A DNA stretch of 61,732 nt, filler included, from 3 parts of 3 records of this genome joined end to end with filler, not necessarily neighbours in it; one strand, 5' to 3'; positions 33,643-43,381 are shown, counted from the first letter of the whole stretch. The notes: generated by a model from the sequence alone, not told the origin. Numbers and translations: made by a program.

Positions 33643-34456
33643 TTATTCTTTGACTAACTCATAAATTTTGTTGCACCGTAGGCACTTGGAATGAAAATTT
33701 GTAGCTTTGGACTCTGAAGTAGTATTTTTGTAAATGGCTACAACTTCAGAACAATTACATCGCCATATTTTTTGTTTGACGGGTGCACTTTTTTCTTTTT
33801 GGGAGATGAGGATTTTAGAAGTTTGGAAGCGGCATGAATGCTTTTATTGAGAGCGTTTTGTAATTTTCCCGCTTCTTTAAAATCTCTGACTTCAATTAAA
33901 TGTTCTATCTCTCTAATGACCTTGAGACCGTCCTCAGCAGTTTTACCAGCAAGACTTACTTTTTCTGCGGCTATGTCCCTCGCTTTACCCTTTCTTTTTT
34001 AGGTGGTGGAGAATTATCCACACCTTCCTTATCGCTTTTAGTGGATGATTTTTTCCCGCCGTCAATCTGCCTCTGTTTGGCAAGTTGGGTTTCAATTTCT
34101 TTATGAGCAGAATATTCTCGGATTTTCTGCTCGTTACTTTTCTCTCTCTGAGCATTCGCAGAAAGTAATATTTGTTTGAGAATAAGTTCGTCTTCTGTAT
34201 TGAGGACAATAGTCGGAACCATTTTGATATTGAGTCTGAGACAAATTTCCCGACGACGATGCCCGCTGATAATGGTTTTCTTTGGGGTAATGAGAAAGGG
34301 AGTTAATACGCCATTTTCTTTGATGTTTTCTGTCAGTTCTTCCGTGTCAGTCAGGCTTTCATTGCCGTACACCTGTTTGTTAAGAGGATGAGGTGTTAGC
34401 TCTTCCACATTGTGGAGGACAATTTGTTCTGATTGGATGTTATCGAGTTTGGACAT
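33643..34456 (-). CDS. ParB/Srx N-terminal domain protein with HTH and possible Zn ribbon (frameshift at 33995-34000, probably another near 33768-33799)
   Basis: LTPHPLN, IKENGVLTP and IISGHRR motifs. The shifted frames read GKARDIAAEKVSLAGKTAE, then WRCNC...KCLRCNKIYELVKE*. GGAGA RBS before the ATG at 34456. Confidence 0.8.
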
Positions 34457-34510
34457 TGTTTGGTCTCCTTTTTTTGTTGGAGCCAGCTTAACTGGCTCCA
34501 TGTTACTTGC

Positions 34511-34636
34511 TTATGATGCTTTGTAAGCTTTCTCTACCTCCTCAATCAGCACCATCACTTTTTCTAAGATTTCCATCAATTCTTCCAAAGTGACTATGTC
34601 AAGTTTTTGAAGTAAGACTTGAAGATCTTGGGACAT
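34511..34636 (-). CDS. 41-aa small helical protein
   Basis: Strong GGAGG RBS; MSQDLQVLLQKLDIVTLEELMEILEKVMVLIEEVEKAYKAS*. Below the ORF-track length cutoff. Confidence 0.6.
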   Translation of the reverse strand: MSQDLQVLLQKLDIVTLEELMEILEKVMVLIEEVEKAYKAS

Positions 34637-34697
34637 ATTTTTTCCTCCATTTAATGTTATTAGCTAAAGCTGTTCTTTCTAAATAAGTTGGGAGATA

Positions 34698-34718
34698 AGG
34701 GAGACTAAGAGTCTCCCT
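34698..34718 (-). terminator. Stem-loop after the 34726 gene
   Basis: AGGGAGACT-aag-AGTCTCCCT, a perfect 9-bp stem. Confidence 0.5.
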
Positions 34719-34725
34719 GCGGGAT

Positions 34726-35268
34726 TTAGGTTAAACTATTGAACCACGCTTTAAGGGCAGGCATTGTCAACGGCTGAGGGGCTGGAAGTGGGTAAGTAAA
34801 ATCGACCAATGTCTCATGGTTCGACTCGGACTCACCAACGGTCATAATAGTGACGGTAAAAAGATCATGAATAACCCCAAACAGCATTGAGTATCTCGCA
34901 TGTACAAATGCCTTATCGTCTTTTACTAAGCTCATTATTGTTTCCGTAGGCGTAATCAACAAAACATTAACAGGTTTAGGTTTATTGAGTGATTTTAGAA
35001 CACTATCAGCTGTGCAAATAGCAACCTGAAATGGTTGAAAAGGGGTGCTATACGGAATGGGAGGGGGTGTATGTGGATATGGTACATGATTAAACATGAC
35101 GAAAGTATTCCCGTCACCATCATATATAATAAGTAGAATATCGGAATTTCCACTATGAGCGTAAGCTTCTGCTAAAATATCGAAAGTTTGGATATCGGAA
35201 TTTGCTTGAGCTGTTGAGATGTTTTCAAGGATTATTGTCAGGGTATTATCGTTGGCTTCAGTTTTCAT
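34726..35268 (-). CDS. Hypothetical protein
   Basis: 180-aa ORF with an AAGGA RBS, co-oriented with the left-arm genes. Confidence 0.7.
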   Translation of the reverse strand: MKTEANDNTLTIILENISTAQANSDIQTFDILAEAYAHSGNSDILLIIYDGDGNTFVMFNHVPYPHTPPPIPYSTPFQPFQVAICTADSVLKSLNKPKPVNVLLITPTETIMSLVKDDKAFVHARYSMLFGVIHDLFTVTIMTVGESESNHETLVDFTYPLPAPQPLTMPALKAWFNSLT

Positions 35269-35523
35269 GAGTTTTCCTTATCTCGCTTGAAGCGATTTTT
35301 TTGTACTTGTTGTGGTTTTAGGGTTATAATGTGGCATTTTTTTGCTCTTATAATTAGATAAGTATTCGAAAATACATTGTAATTTTCCTTTTCTGATTTT
35401 TAACGCACTTCACCTGTTGGAGATGGGAAATGCGAAAAATGTTAATATTAAATGCTAAAAGGGATTCGTTTTTAGCGTGAGAACTGATTATTAAAAGAAA
35501 TTTTATTAATAAGAATTTATCAG

Positions 35524-35928
35524 TTAAGTTTCAGTCTCACCTGAAAGAAATCTTTCTTCTTCAAGTTGCCTTGCCCTAATTTTGCTCTCGTTAAGTATAA
35601 AGTTATCTCCTAATAATCTTTCAACTTGTGAAACTGATATATCCATTAATGACTCTATGGTTTTTAGCAATTCCAAATTATCATCAATTGATTTATTGAT
35701 TTTTTCCAAATGCAAAGGTATTTTGTCTTTGTTAAGCTCATGTTTTTTGTAAAAGTCATTCGTTCTTAGCCTCATTTGTGTTCTCAGTTTTTCAAGAGTT
35801 TCACGTTGCTTTAAAATAGAATATTTTTGCTTATCTGTTTCATAAGAAAATCCATTGTCTAAAGCTGAGATTTTGTGTTCACGTTTTGATAATTCCATAT
35901 TACATTTGGTTAAAAGATATAAATCCAC
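35524..35928 (-). CDS. Hypothetical coiled-coil protein
   Basis: Charged helical ORF divergent from the TPR gene. Start codon uncertain. Confidence 0.6.
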   Translation of the reverse strand: MDLYLLTKCNMELSKREHKISALDNGFSYETDKQKYSILKQRETLEKLRTQMRLRTNDFYKKHELNKDKIPLHLEKINKSIDDNLELLKTIESLMDISVSQVERLLGDNFILNESKIRARQLEEERFLSGETET

Positions 35929-36043
35929 AGTACTAAATGTTACCTAATAGTAAGTGAAAGTCAACCTCATTTTCCGAAAATGATATTTTATTTATAGTAA
36001 ATAAGTGCTTTTATTTCAATAGATTATCATTGGTATTCGAGGG

Positions 36044-38818
36044 GTGAAATACCAATTTGGAGAGTATTTTGAATCAAACAACAAACGCAGAAAAAATTTG
36101 GCAGGCGTTAAGAAAAAGTATTATGATGGGCAAGCTGTAGATGTTGAGTTAGAGCCTTTGAAATACTATTTTAAATTTGCGGGCAAGCGTGTGCGATTAG
36201 CTCGTGAAGTAAGCAGAAAAGATGGGAAAGATAGTTTAACCAGAGTTGAATTTATAAAAGAACGTTTGGTTATAAAGGCTCTCAAACGAAAAAAGCCTTA
36301 TTCTGAAGATACCCTTAAAAAATATGAAGAGGGGGCATTTACTCAACAAGAGCATGTTTTTCAGCAATATGAAGATGGGACAAGTAAGCCAAAACATTTT
36401 TTTGATTTTATAGAAAATCTTGCAAATGGATATTATAGAATAGATCCATGGCTATTCATTGATGAAAATATTAATGATATTAAATTTAAAAATATCGTAT
36501 TAGATAAATATGATAAAATTATTGGACAATTTCAAAGGCTTGCTCAACTTTTTCAAGAAGAATTGTTTTTATTTTGCGGTAGCGATGAATTTGAAAACAT
36601 TCACCCTAAACAAATTGCCCCCATTGAAAAATTCTTATCTAAAAATATTAAAAATGGTTTTGATGGAGCAAAATCAATGTGTAAAATTTCAATGGCTCTA
36701 TTTGTTATTTTATGTACAGGTTTAATAAAATCCAAAATTGCCTCAGCCTCAACAACCAAAACCGTCGTTGTCGGTGGCTCAATTCTTTTGGCATTAATAT
36801 TTTTCTACATTGGAGAACATTATTTCGATAAAAAAGAATATAATACCGCTGAATATTATTACACAAAAGCTGAAGATTTGTATCCTAAAGGAACAAAGGC
36901 TTTATTGATGCGTGGAATCATTAATATATTTCAGGAAGATTATAATGAGGCTCATGATGATTTTGACTCATACCTGACCAAGCATATAAATGACGAAACT
37001 GCACTATCATTAAATGCAATGACTTTATTAAAAATAAATATGCCAATAAAATCATTGCAAGAGTTAGAAAAAGCTTTAAAAGCTGATCCCAATAACCCGG
37101 GGATACTCAATTCATTTGGTATTCATTATGGGATAATGCAGGATTATAAAAAGGCATACCAATATTTCCAAAAGGCTTTAGATATTGAACCTGAATTTGA
37201 AGCCGCTTTTTACAACAGAGGTCTCTTCCGATTTTGGGAAAAAGATATAAAAGGGGCAAAAGAAGATTACAACAAAGTCTTACAAATGAATCCTAATGAT
37301 GTGATGACTTTAACAAATATGGGATTCATTTTTTATTTAGAAAAAGAATATCAAAATGCTATTTTATATTATTCAAAAGCTGTAAAAAATTATGACTTAA
37401 AGCAATTTTCTGTAGAGGGAAAAGCAAATTTGCATGCTGGGAAGGCTGCAATATACATGAATTTGAATCAGATGGGAAATGCACAAAATGAATTCAATTT
37501 AGCATTACAACTCACTCATGAAAGTTATACGCTTCTACTAAACTATGGAAGTTTTCATGCAAAGTTGAAACGATACAAACAGGCAGAAACGTATTACAAA
37601 AAAGCATTAGAAATAAAACCGAATTATGTAGGTGCATATAATGGTTTAGCAATTGTATATTATGAATGGGATATGCAGAAAAAAGCATTGGAAATGTATG
37701 AAACAGCACTGTCGATAAACCCTAATAACACGCAATCATTAACTGGTATAGGAATCTTATTGTGTGACATGGGGAAAATTCAATTCGGAATTGAATTTTT
37801 GACTAAGGCTTTAAGTGACGAACCTGAAAATGTAAGAGCTTTGTACTATAGAGGTAGAAATTATCTTAGGGGCGGAGATTTTCAACGAGGGTTGAAAGAT
37901 TTAAACCTCGTTCTTGAAATTACACCTGAATATGCCACTCGAATATATAGAGAACTTGCGAATGCTTATTTTAAAATTGAAAAATACAAAAAAACAATTG
38001 AGTATTGTTCAAAAATTTTAGAATTTGATCCTCGTAATATTATAACTCTTAAAAATAGAGCTCAAGCATATTTATTGACTAATAATGTGGACAAAGGACT
38101 CTCTGACTGTAACACTGCATTAGATATTAACCCCAATGATATAAAAATAAGAATGTTAAGAGTATTGTATTTCGATAAATTAAATAATATTTCTGCCGCT
38201 ATAGCGGATTTAACTTTTATAATAGAAAATTCCCTTGATAATGAAACTGCATTAGTGAATAGAGCAACTTTTTATATTCGGCTGAAAGACTATGAAAAGG
38301 CTCTGAGTGATTGTGATAAAGTCTTAGTAAAAAATCCTATACATTTGAAGTGCTTGGGGCGTAAAATTGAAATTTATGTTGCACTCAAGGATTATAAAAA
38401 GACCATAGAATACTGTGATCGTTTTTTACAACTAAATCTTGATAATGATGTGTTATTGTTTAAAGCGAACGCTCTTTTTAATTTGCGTCAATACAAAGAA
38501 TCTGCAAAAAATTTTCAACAGCTTATTGATAGAACGCCTGAAAATGAAATCTTATATGTTTATTTAAGTGTAGCCTATTTGGAGGACAAACAATATGAAA
38601 AAGCAATTGAGGTCAATAATCAATTACTGGAAATTAATCCCAATCATGCTGATGCGTTGAATAATCGAGATGTTCTTCAAAGAGAATTGAATGAGGAAAA
38701 AGAAAAACATAATGTTGTTACTGATAACTCAAATGAAAAACTGAATCCTGTTCTAAATTTTTCAAAGCAACAACGGACAAAAAATATGAACAAAACTGCA
38801 ACGGTAATAACAGAATAG
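36044..38818 (+). CDS. TPR-array protein with putative N-terminal XRE-like HTH and membrane segment(s)
   Basis: GKRVRLARE..LTRVEF..SEDTLKKYEEG; hydrophobic segments ISMALFVILCTGLI and VVVGGSILLALIFFYIG; then many A..Y.KAL.i.P repeats. Confidence 0.85.
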   Translation: MKYQFGEYFESNNKRRKNLAGVKKKYYDGQAVDVELEPLKYYFKFAGKRVRLAREVSRKDGKDSLTRVEFIKERLVIKALKRKKPYSEDTLKKYEEGAFTQQEHVFQQYEDGTSKPKHFFDFIENLANGYYRIDPWLFIDENINDIKFKNIVLDKYDKIIGQFQRLAQLFQEELFLFCGSDEFENIHPKQIAPIEKFLSKNIKNGFDGAKSMCKISMALFVILCTGLIKSKIASASTTKTVVVGGSILLALIFFYIGEHYFDKKEYNTAEYYYTKAEDLYPKGTKALLMRGIINIFQEDYNEAHDDFDSYLTKHINDETALSLNAMTLLKINMPIKSLQELEKALKADPNNPGILNSFGIHYGIMQDYKKAYQYFQKALDIEPEFEAAFYNRGLFRFWEKDIKGAKEDYNKVLQMNPNDVMTLTNMGFIFYLEKEYQNAILYYSKAVKNYDLKQFSVEGKANLHAGKAAIYMNLNQMGNAQNEFNLALQLTHESYTLLLNYGSFHAKLKRYKQAETYYKKALEIKPNYVGAYNGLAIVYYEWDMQKKALEMYETALSINPNNTQSLTGIGILLCDMGKIQFGIEFLTKALSDEPENVRALYYRGRNYLRGGDFQRGLKDLNLVLEITPEYATRIYRELANAYFKIEKYKKTIEYCSKILEFDPRNIITLKNRAQAYLLTNNVDKGLSDCNTALDINPNDIKIRMLRVLYFDKLNNISAAIADLTFIIENSLDNETALVNRATFYIRLKDYEKALSDCDKVLVKNPIHLKCLGRKIEIYVALKDYKKTIEYCDRFLQLNLDNDVLLFKANALFNLRQYKESAKNFQQLIDRTPENEILYVYLSVAYLEDKQYEKAIEVNNQLLEINPNHADALNNRDVLQRELNEEKEKHNVVTDNSNEKLNPVLNFSKQQRTKNMNKTATVITE

Positions 38819-38845
38819 CGATGAAAAAGTCGTCAGTAATTTTAT

Positions 38846-39052
38846 TCAATCAACCGATTCCCTCTGTTGAATATCCCGAACAGCCATAATGATTTTATTA
38901 ACAGCATCTATGATATCTGCGGAACCCTCATTATCCCACTCTTCCGCAATGAATAAAATCACAGATAACTGATTCATCACAATATCATCCAGCTCCATAC
39001 TAAGGCTGGGATATTCGGGATTGGACGACACTTTATAAAATGCGGGCGACAT
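38846..39052 (-). CDS. Small acidic hypothetical protein behind a structured leader
   Basis: 68-aa ORF directly downstream of a promoter-like sequence and a structured leader. Confidence 0.5.
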   Translation of the reverse strand: MSPAFYKVSSNPEYPSLSMELDDIVMNQLSVILFIAEEWDNEGSADIIDAVNKIIMAVRDIQQRESVD

Positions 39053-39216
39053 AAATGAATGGTTTTACCATAACAAAAAAAGGAACAACTGTCTGGTCGC
39101 CCATCTTGTCATCTTTCCCGTAGGATCAACACAATTTGGCAGAGCAGTTGCTCCCATCTTTGTGTTGATGATATAGGAAAAAATAATCCAACAAAAAAGT
39201 AACAAGATAAGCGACA
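39044..39216 (-). ncRNA. Candidate structured leader / antisense-switch RNA A
   Basis: Complementary pairs 39202-39215/39096-39109, 39160-39169/39125-39134 and 39140-39154/39082-39095, followed by a U7 tract. Confidence 0.5.
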
Positions 39217-39221
39217 GAAGT

Positions 39222-39249
39222 ATTGTACTTATTTTGTTATAATAATCAA
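39222..39249 (-). promoter_or_regulatory. Sigma70-like promoter for leader A
   Basis: TTGATT-16nt-TACAAT on the minus strand; the predicted start coincides with the first paired segment. Confidence 0.45.
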
Positions 39250-39262
39250 TATGAAAATGTTA

Positions 39263-41497
39263 CTAATTCTCTTCAGCTTTTTCCCACCGCTGTATTCTCT
39301 GGTTAATTTTCGGCAGTCCTTTTAAGAAACTCATTAATTCCGAATGCTTATCCACCCGATCCAACAAATGCCGTTCCGCTGATTTCCAAACCTCAAACAC
39401 ATCAGCAAGATACAAATTTGCCGATGGCGTCAATTTATCATCGGAATCAAGAAACTCCACACCAAACTCCGTTCCAACTTCATTCACCCGGTTACGCTGT
39501 GCATTGACCGTCAATTCCGAAAAATCCTCCCCAAAAGCAAGCTCCACCACTTTTTGATTTGTCTTCAAAACCGCTTCGCTAATCGAAGCAAAATCATCCT
39601 TAAATAGGCTCTCCCCATGCATTATCTTAATCATTTGAAGTGGATCGTTATTTTCGTTGCTATGATTTTTATCAATATGTGGTGCCGTAAAGGGAAAAAG
39701 CACACCAAGACCGGATTTTTGAGCAATATAGTCAGCTTGCAGAGTTTGGGAGCTTTCTACAAAATTATCGTGTTCATCCTTGGAAGCAAAAAGCACCTCA
39801 TCACCAATGGAAATTCTGGCAAGACTACCTGAGTCCAAAGGCAATGTTGCAACCAAAGAATGCTCTCTATTTTCGGTATCCATCGTAATTTCAAGTTGCT
39901 GTGAATTATCCGGCAAGGTCAGTAACCGGGCTTCGGCGTGAGGATTGAGTAAAGAGTCAATAGCTTGATTATCATCGATTAAGCGGGTAATGCTTGGAAT
40001 GTTGTGAAGCTCATTAATGGGGATGACTTCTGAGATTGCCGGAGGCGTGTTCAAGCGTTCGATTTCTCTTTTTTCTTCAGTTCTTTTTTCAGCGACATAT
40101 TCAGTGATGATATCATAGTCATGTGATACTGTTTCAAAAGCACTATCGTAATACTCATTGAAGAGCTCTTCGTTAACACCTTCTTCCGTGATAATTTCTC
40201 CCAATTTCCCGTCAGCTTCCAAATTTTCGATGGTGATTCGCAGGGTGTCTAATCCTCGAATTTCTGAGATGTGTTTATAAAAGACTTCCCTTTGTGCCGA
40301 TATTGACCGTCCAGTAATTTCTGCCATTTGTGCCAGAAACAAATCAAGGTAGGCGGTTCTTTCCTCCGGTGTTTCAAAGCTGTTTAACTTCCGGTTGATA
40401 CTGCGGTAATCTTCCAGTGTAATCCCTGTCGGTGTTTCAGTTTCATCTTCCGTTTTCTCCCGAATCCCCATCTCCAGTAAAAGGTTGTGAGTATCCTCAA
40501 TCTGAGCATTTCTTTGTTCATCTGTTTCCGCATTACCGTAATTGTCAGCTTGTATATCCCTTTCTATTTGGTTTTTTTGCTCATGGAGAATTTTAGCAAA
40601 AAGGCATCGGGCAACAAGCTCACGAGCTGGAATAGCTTCAGAGTTTTGAGCAATGACTTTCTTAGCAAGGTTGGGATGATTGGGGAGGATTTGTGGGGCG
40701 TATTCGCTTACCGAAATTGTTTTGTCTAAATTTTGAAAAAGTTGGTCATAAAGCTCTTTGTTATTTGCTTGTAGTGAGGCTATTTCTTCATTGAACTTTT
40801 TGATAGCCTGTTCTTTTTGGTTCTCGTTTAATTGTTCATACATGTCAGTTTTGGTGGCTGAATTTAAAATATTCTGCCCCTCTTTTGACTCTGTGAATGG
40901 AGGTTTTGAATCTTGATTATTCTTTGAATTTTCCGTTTCATTCTCGGAAAAAATGGTTAGATTTTTGGCAACGGTATTATGTGCTGGATTGTCTGCTGAT
41001 TGAGTTTTCTGATTAAAATATTGAGACAGCAATACCAAATTCACATTGCCATTATCATCTATGAGACCATCTGTTTTTCCCTCTGTTACAATGCGTTTGA
41101 GGGGTATGGAGATTTTAGCGGATTCCGTAATGGGTAAATCGACGGTCGCTCTGTATATTACATTCTGGATGAGGGATTCATTGTTGAGAGGGGAAAGAGT
41201 GGAGTTGGAGTTTTCCCTATTGCGGATTTGGGAAATGGTTATTTGGTGATCTGTTGAATCATCATCCAGTGCCGACAATAACGAGTCTCGGCTAAGGTTG
41301 TCAGTCGCATTTGATTTTTGTTCTTGTTCCTGTCTGGAAACGGATGTAAGCTTTTGCCTTTCCTCATCAATTAATCTGGCGGTCAAAAGAGTCAGCTTAT
41401 CATAGCCTCCTGTATCCTGTGACTGTTTCGGAGACTCCACCGATTCCAATGAGTCGGAAATGGATATATTCTTGCCTGCTAAACTTTCATTATTCAA
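39263..41497 (-). CDS. Large acidic hypothetical protein
   Basis: 744-aa uninterrupted ORF, rich in E/N/S, TTG start, no recognisable motif. Confidence 0.8.
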   Translation of the reverse strand: MNNESLAGKNISISDSLESVESPKQSQDTGGYDKLTLLTARLIDEERQKLTSVSRQEQEQKSNATDNLSRDSLLSALDDDSTDHQITISQIRNRENSNSTLSPLNNESLIQNVIYRATVDLPITESAKISIPLKRIVTEGKTDGLIDDNGNVNLVLLSQYFNQKTQSADNPAHNTVAKNLTIFSENETENSKNNQDSKPPFTESKEGQNILNSATKTDMYEQLNENQKEQAIKKFNEEIASLQANNKELYDQLFQNLDKTISVSEYAPQILPNHPNLAKKVIAQNSEAIPARELVARCLFAKILHEQKNQIERDIQADNYGNAETDEQRNAQIEDTHNLLLEMGIREKTEDETETPTGITLEDYRSINRKLNSFETPEERTAYLDLFLAQMAEITGRSISAQREVFYKHISEIRGLDTLRITIENLEADGKLGEIITEEGVNEELFNEYYDSAFETVSHDYDIITEYVAEKRTEEKREIERLNTPPAISEVIPINELHNIPSITRLIDDNQAIDSLLNPHAEARLLTLPDNSQQLEITMDTENREHSLVATLPLDSGSLARISIGDEVLFASKDEHDNFVESSQTLQADYIAQKSGLGVLFPFTAPHIDKNHSNENNDPLQMIKIMHGESLFKDDFASISEAVLKTNQKVVELAFGEDFSELTVNAQRNRVNEVGTEFGVEFLDSDDKLTPSANLYLADVFEVWKSAERHLLDRVDKHSELMSFLKGLPKINQRIQRWEKAEEN

Positions 41498-41606
41498 TTT
41501 CGGAGAAAAGTTGAAAATAAAAAAATACTATAATCTAACTTTATTTGATTAACGAATGTTTGGCAAGGGCAAGAATATGGGGAAAAAATTAATATTTTAT
41601 TAATAT

Positions 41607-42893
41607 TTAGCTTTTTTTATAAATTGTGACTTTTCGACCTGTGTTGTCTGCTTGTACCTCAAACGCTTTAAGACGTGGCATATGTTCAGATGTAAATTGG
41701 CTTAATAGAAAAATTTCCAAATACTCAAACATTGACCATGTTCGGGTTCTCATATCCATATGGAAAAATTTTTTACTTTGATTTGCGTAGATATAATCAT
41801 TTCTTATTGTCACGATGCTGTCCGTTGTGAATTCTGTTAAATCTGCTCCGCTAATATCTTCAATGAAAATCTTAACTACTTTTTTTGCTTTTAAGCCTAC
41901 TGCAAGAGCGTTGACAATTCGAAATCGGAACTCATCAAAAAGAGCCAGTTGACCATTACCTTTACGACGTTTCTTTTCTTCTGCCAAGGCTTTGAGTACA
42001 TAAGGGAGTGAGTCACGAAGTCTGTAACCATGTCCCAAAATCTGAGCCATTTGGTAATAAACGTCGGGTTTTATCTTTTCAAAGCCCTCTCTAATACTTT
42101 CTCCGACCTGCAAAATATCTTTGTATTTCCCTTTCCTATCGTTTTTGTAGAGATAGGATGTGATATACAAAGATGCGGTGTCCGCTGATCTGTCGTCAAA
42201 ACTCAAAATAGAGTCGCACAGGTAAGATGCTCCCAAGGTGTAATCATCAGCGTAAATTTTATTTGTTTCCGTAGCCCCTTTAATCAGTTTTTTAACGTGA
42301 CCTTGAGCCGTTTTCTCCAGCTTGGCTTTTTCGGTGTAATTGTCGGTAAATTCAGCCTGAATCATCAACTGCCCGACGAGGTGGTAACGCAAAAATCCGG
42401 CAGTCCAGTAATAAGGGCTGTTTTCCCCATCAAGTTTACCGGTTTTGTCATGTCCGTAGACTCTCATCTTACTGATGGCAATCAAGATCTCTCGGAAAAT
42501 ACTGACCATATTTTGGGGAATGTCTCTGTCAAAGCCGTTGAGTCGCAGAAAGACAGGCACGGTTTTGCCGTATTGAGTAAAAGTTTTGTGGGTATTCATC
42601 CAAATAAAATTGGCAATGGTTTCACTCATCGGGGTGAAATTTTTTGGATTATTCAGGGTGCCACTTTCTCTGTACTGAGTCACAAGGTCGGGATTGAAAA
42701 TGATGTCAATCGAATCCAATTCTTGAGTTTTCTTTTTCAGAAAAGGCTCACAAGTGAGCATTTTTTTAACGACAGTTTGTATAGACTCTGAGGCAAATAT
42801 TGGAGATGGCAGTAGGGAAAATGAGATAAAAGATATTGCAAAGAAAAAGACTGGAAGTGCTTGGAAAGAGTGGATTTTTTTATTTCTATTCAT
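41607..42893 (-). CDS. Exported hypothetical protein
   Basis: 428 aa with a signal peptide and GAGG RBS; no recognisable family. Confidence 0.8.
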   Translation of the reverse strand: MNRNKKIHSFQALPVFFFAISFISFSLLPSPIFASESIQTVVKKMLTCEPFLKKKTQELDSIDIIFNPDLVTQYRESGTLNNPKNFTPMSETIANFIWMNTHKTFTQYGKTVPVFLRLNGFDRDIPQNMVSIFREILIAISKMRVYGHDKTGKLDGENSPYYWTAGFLRYHLVGQLMIQAEFTDNYTEKAKLEKTAQGHVKKLIKGATETNKIYADDYTLGASYLCDSILSFDDRSADTASLYITSYLYKNDRKGKYKDILQVGESIREGFEKIKPDVYYQMAQILGHGYRLRDSLPYVLKALAEEKKRRKGNGQLALFDEFRFRIVNALAVGLKAKKVVKIFIEDISGADLTEFTTDSIVTIRNDYIYANQSKKFFHMDMRTRTWSMFEYLEIFLLSQFTSEHMPRLKAFEVQADNTGRKVTIYKKS

Positions 42894-43075
42894 TATGGCG
42901 GTACCTCTTTCATTTTGACTGTCCCCAAAAAAAACGGGGCAATGAACTCATTCATGCATCGTCCGAGGTACCGCCAAGCACCCACTCGAAAACACTAATA
43001 GAGTCCACGCCCCTATCGGGACGTGCTCCATCTGTGTCGTTTTCGAGTATAAAAATTGGCGGTTTTCGGACGAAA
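42891..43075 (-). ncRNA. Candidate structured leader / antisense-switch RNA B
   Basis: Complementary pairs 43056-43073/42959-42977, 43039-43048/42984-42993 and 43001-43013/42936-42949, then a U8 tract. 42965-42976 is perfectly complementary to the RBS region 42896-42907. Confidence 0.55.
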
Positions 43076-43195
43076 CGATTTGATGTTACACGTAAATGTC
43101 AGATTAAAACGATATTAGTACTTGGTTTTCCGCATCACCCCCTTAAAATTATAGATTCAAAACTTACCGAGTTTAATACAGCAAAGCGATGACTG

Positions 43196-43381
43196 TCAAT
43201 TTTTCCGAGCATCTTTCATGATTTTGATGGATTCCTTCATAATCTCATCATCAGAAAAATCAGCAATAGGCTCATCTTTTAAAGGCGTGGATAAAATCCG
43301 CTTCATGCGAGCAATCTTTACATTTTTTTTAAGCAATGCATTTGATTTAGACAAATTGTCGCTGGATGCTGTTTTTGGCAT
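43196..43381 (-). CDS. Small hypothetical protein
   Basis: 61 aa with an AAGGA RBS, divergent from the mob operon. Confidence 0.55.
   Translation of the reverse strand: MPKTASSDNLSKSNALLKKNVKIARMKRILSTPLKDEPIADFSDDEIMKESIKIMKDARKN

Noticed and set aside
32077-34000. Programmed frameshifting or phase variation in trbC and the ParB gene
   Set aside because: The same missing-base pattern occurs in unrelated genes throughout the window, so sequencing error is simpler.
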